Shown here: in pieces, positions 25,840 to 25,915 of the stretch
Numbering within the stretch: position 1 is the first letter of the stretch
How the letters are laid out: the number at the start of each line of letters is the position of its first letter
Assembly (NCBI GenBank): GCA_050486505.1
Contig: JBJHDK010000033.1
Coordinates: forward strand, 1 to 25,915
DNA length: 25,915 nt
Direction of reading: 5' to 3'
From: Fibrobacteria bacterium
GTDB lineage: Bacteria > Fibrobacterota > Fibrobacteria > UBA11236
Program-made: the position numbers and the translations under genes
The notes under the pieces: model-generated
What the model was told of the DNA's origin: nothing
The model's database searches: none
Seen by the model: only the letters and a program-made list of their open reading frames with translations

Positions 25840-25915
25840 CGGCCGCTCGCCGTCACCGGCACCCCCGCCCCCGCAATAGCCGGGACAGGCTCCCGCCGGG
25901 CCGATTTCGCTTTTT

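Overview
High-GC bacterial chromosomal window, probably FCB superphylum and Fibrobacterota-like. This is inferred from the C-terminal FlgD-Ig/T9SS-like domains and a TAnnTTTG-like promoter motif. Housekeeping genes (hisN-type phosphatase, nnr, pyk, ung, tRNA-Val(GAC), gcvT, ftsK, YaiI/DUF188) surround an accessory block at 7.3-18.1 kb. That block holds two paralogous secreted proteins with a PVC-type dehydrogenase-like beta-propeller that lack the usual CxxCH heme domain and sit on FN3/Ig stalks of very different length (8 vs 1 FN3), plus an ICMT-family methyltransferase and an erythromycin-esterase-family protein. Features the ORF track misses: (i) a second, truncated monoheme cytochrome c lipoprotein paralog at the left edge; (ii) a frameshift separating the signal peptide from the body of the second propeller gene; (iii) a bipartite promoter-like motif, CCGGAACAT-N18-TACATTGC, conserved in front of both propeller paralogs; (iv) a TAnnTT(T) element 4-8 nt upstream of the start codon of at least seven genes lacking a Shine-Dalgarno, suggesting leaderless or near-leaderless transcripts; (v) two different AT-rich heptamer tandem arrays at gene 3' ends, one arranged as an inverted pair; (vi) a REP-like hairpin at the right edge. 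No CRISPR array, integrase or transposase was seen.
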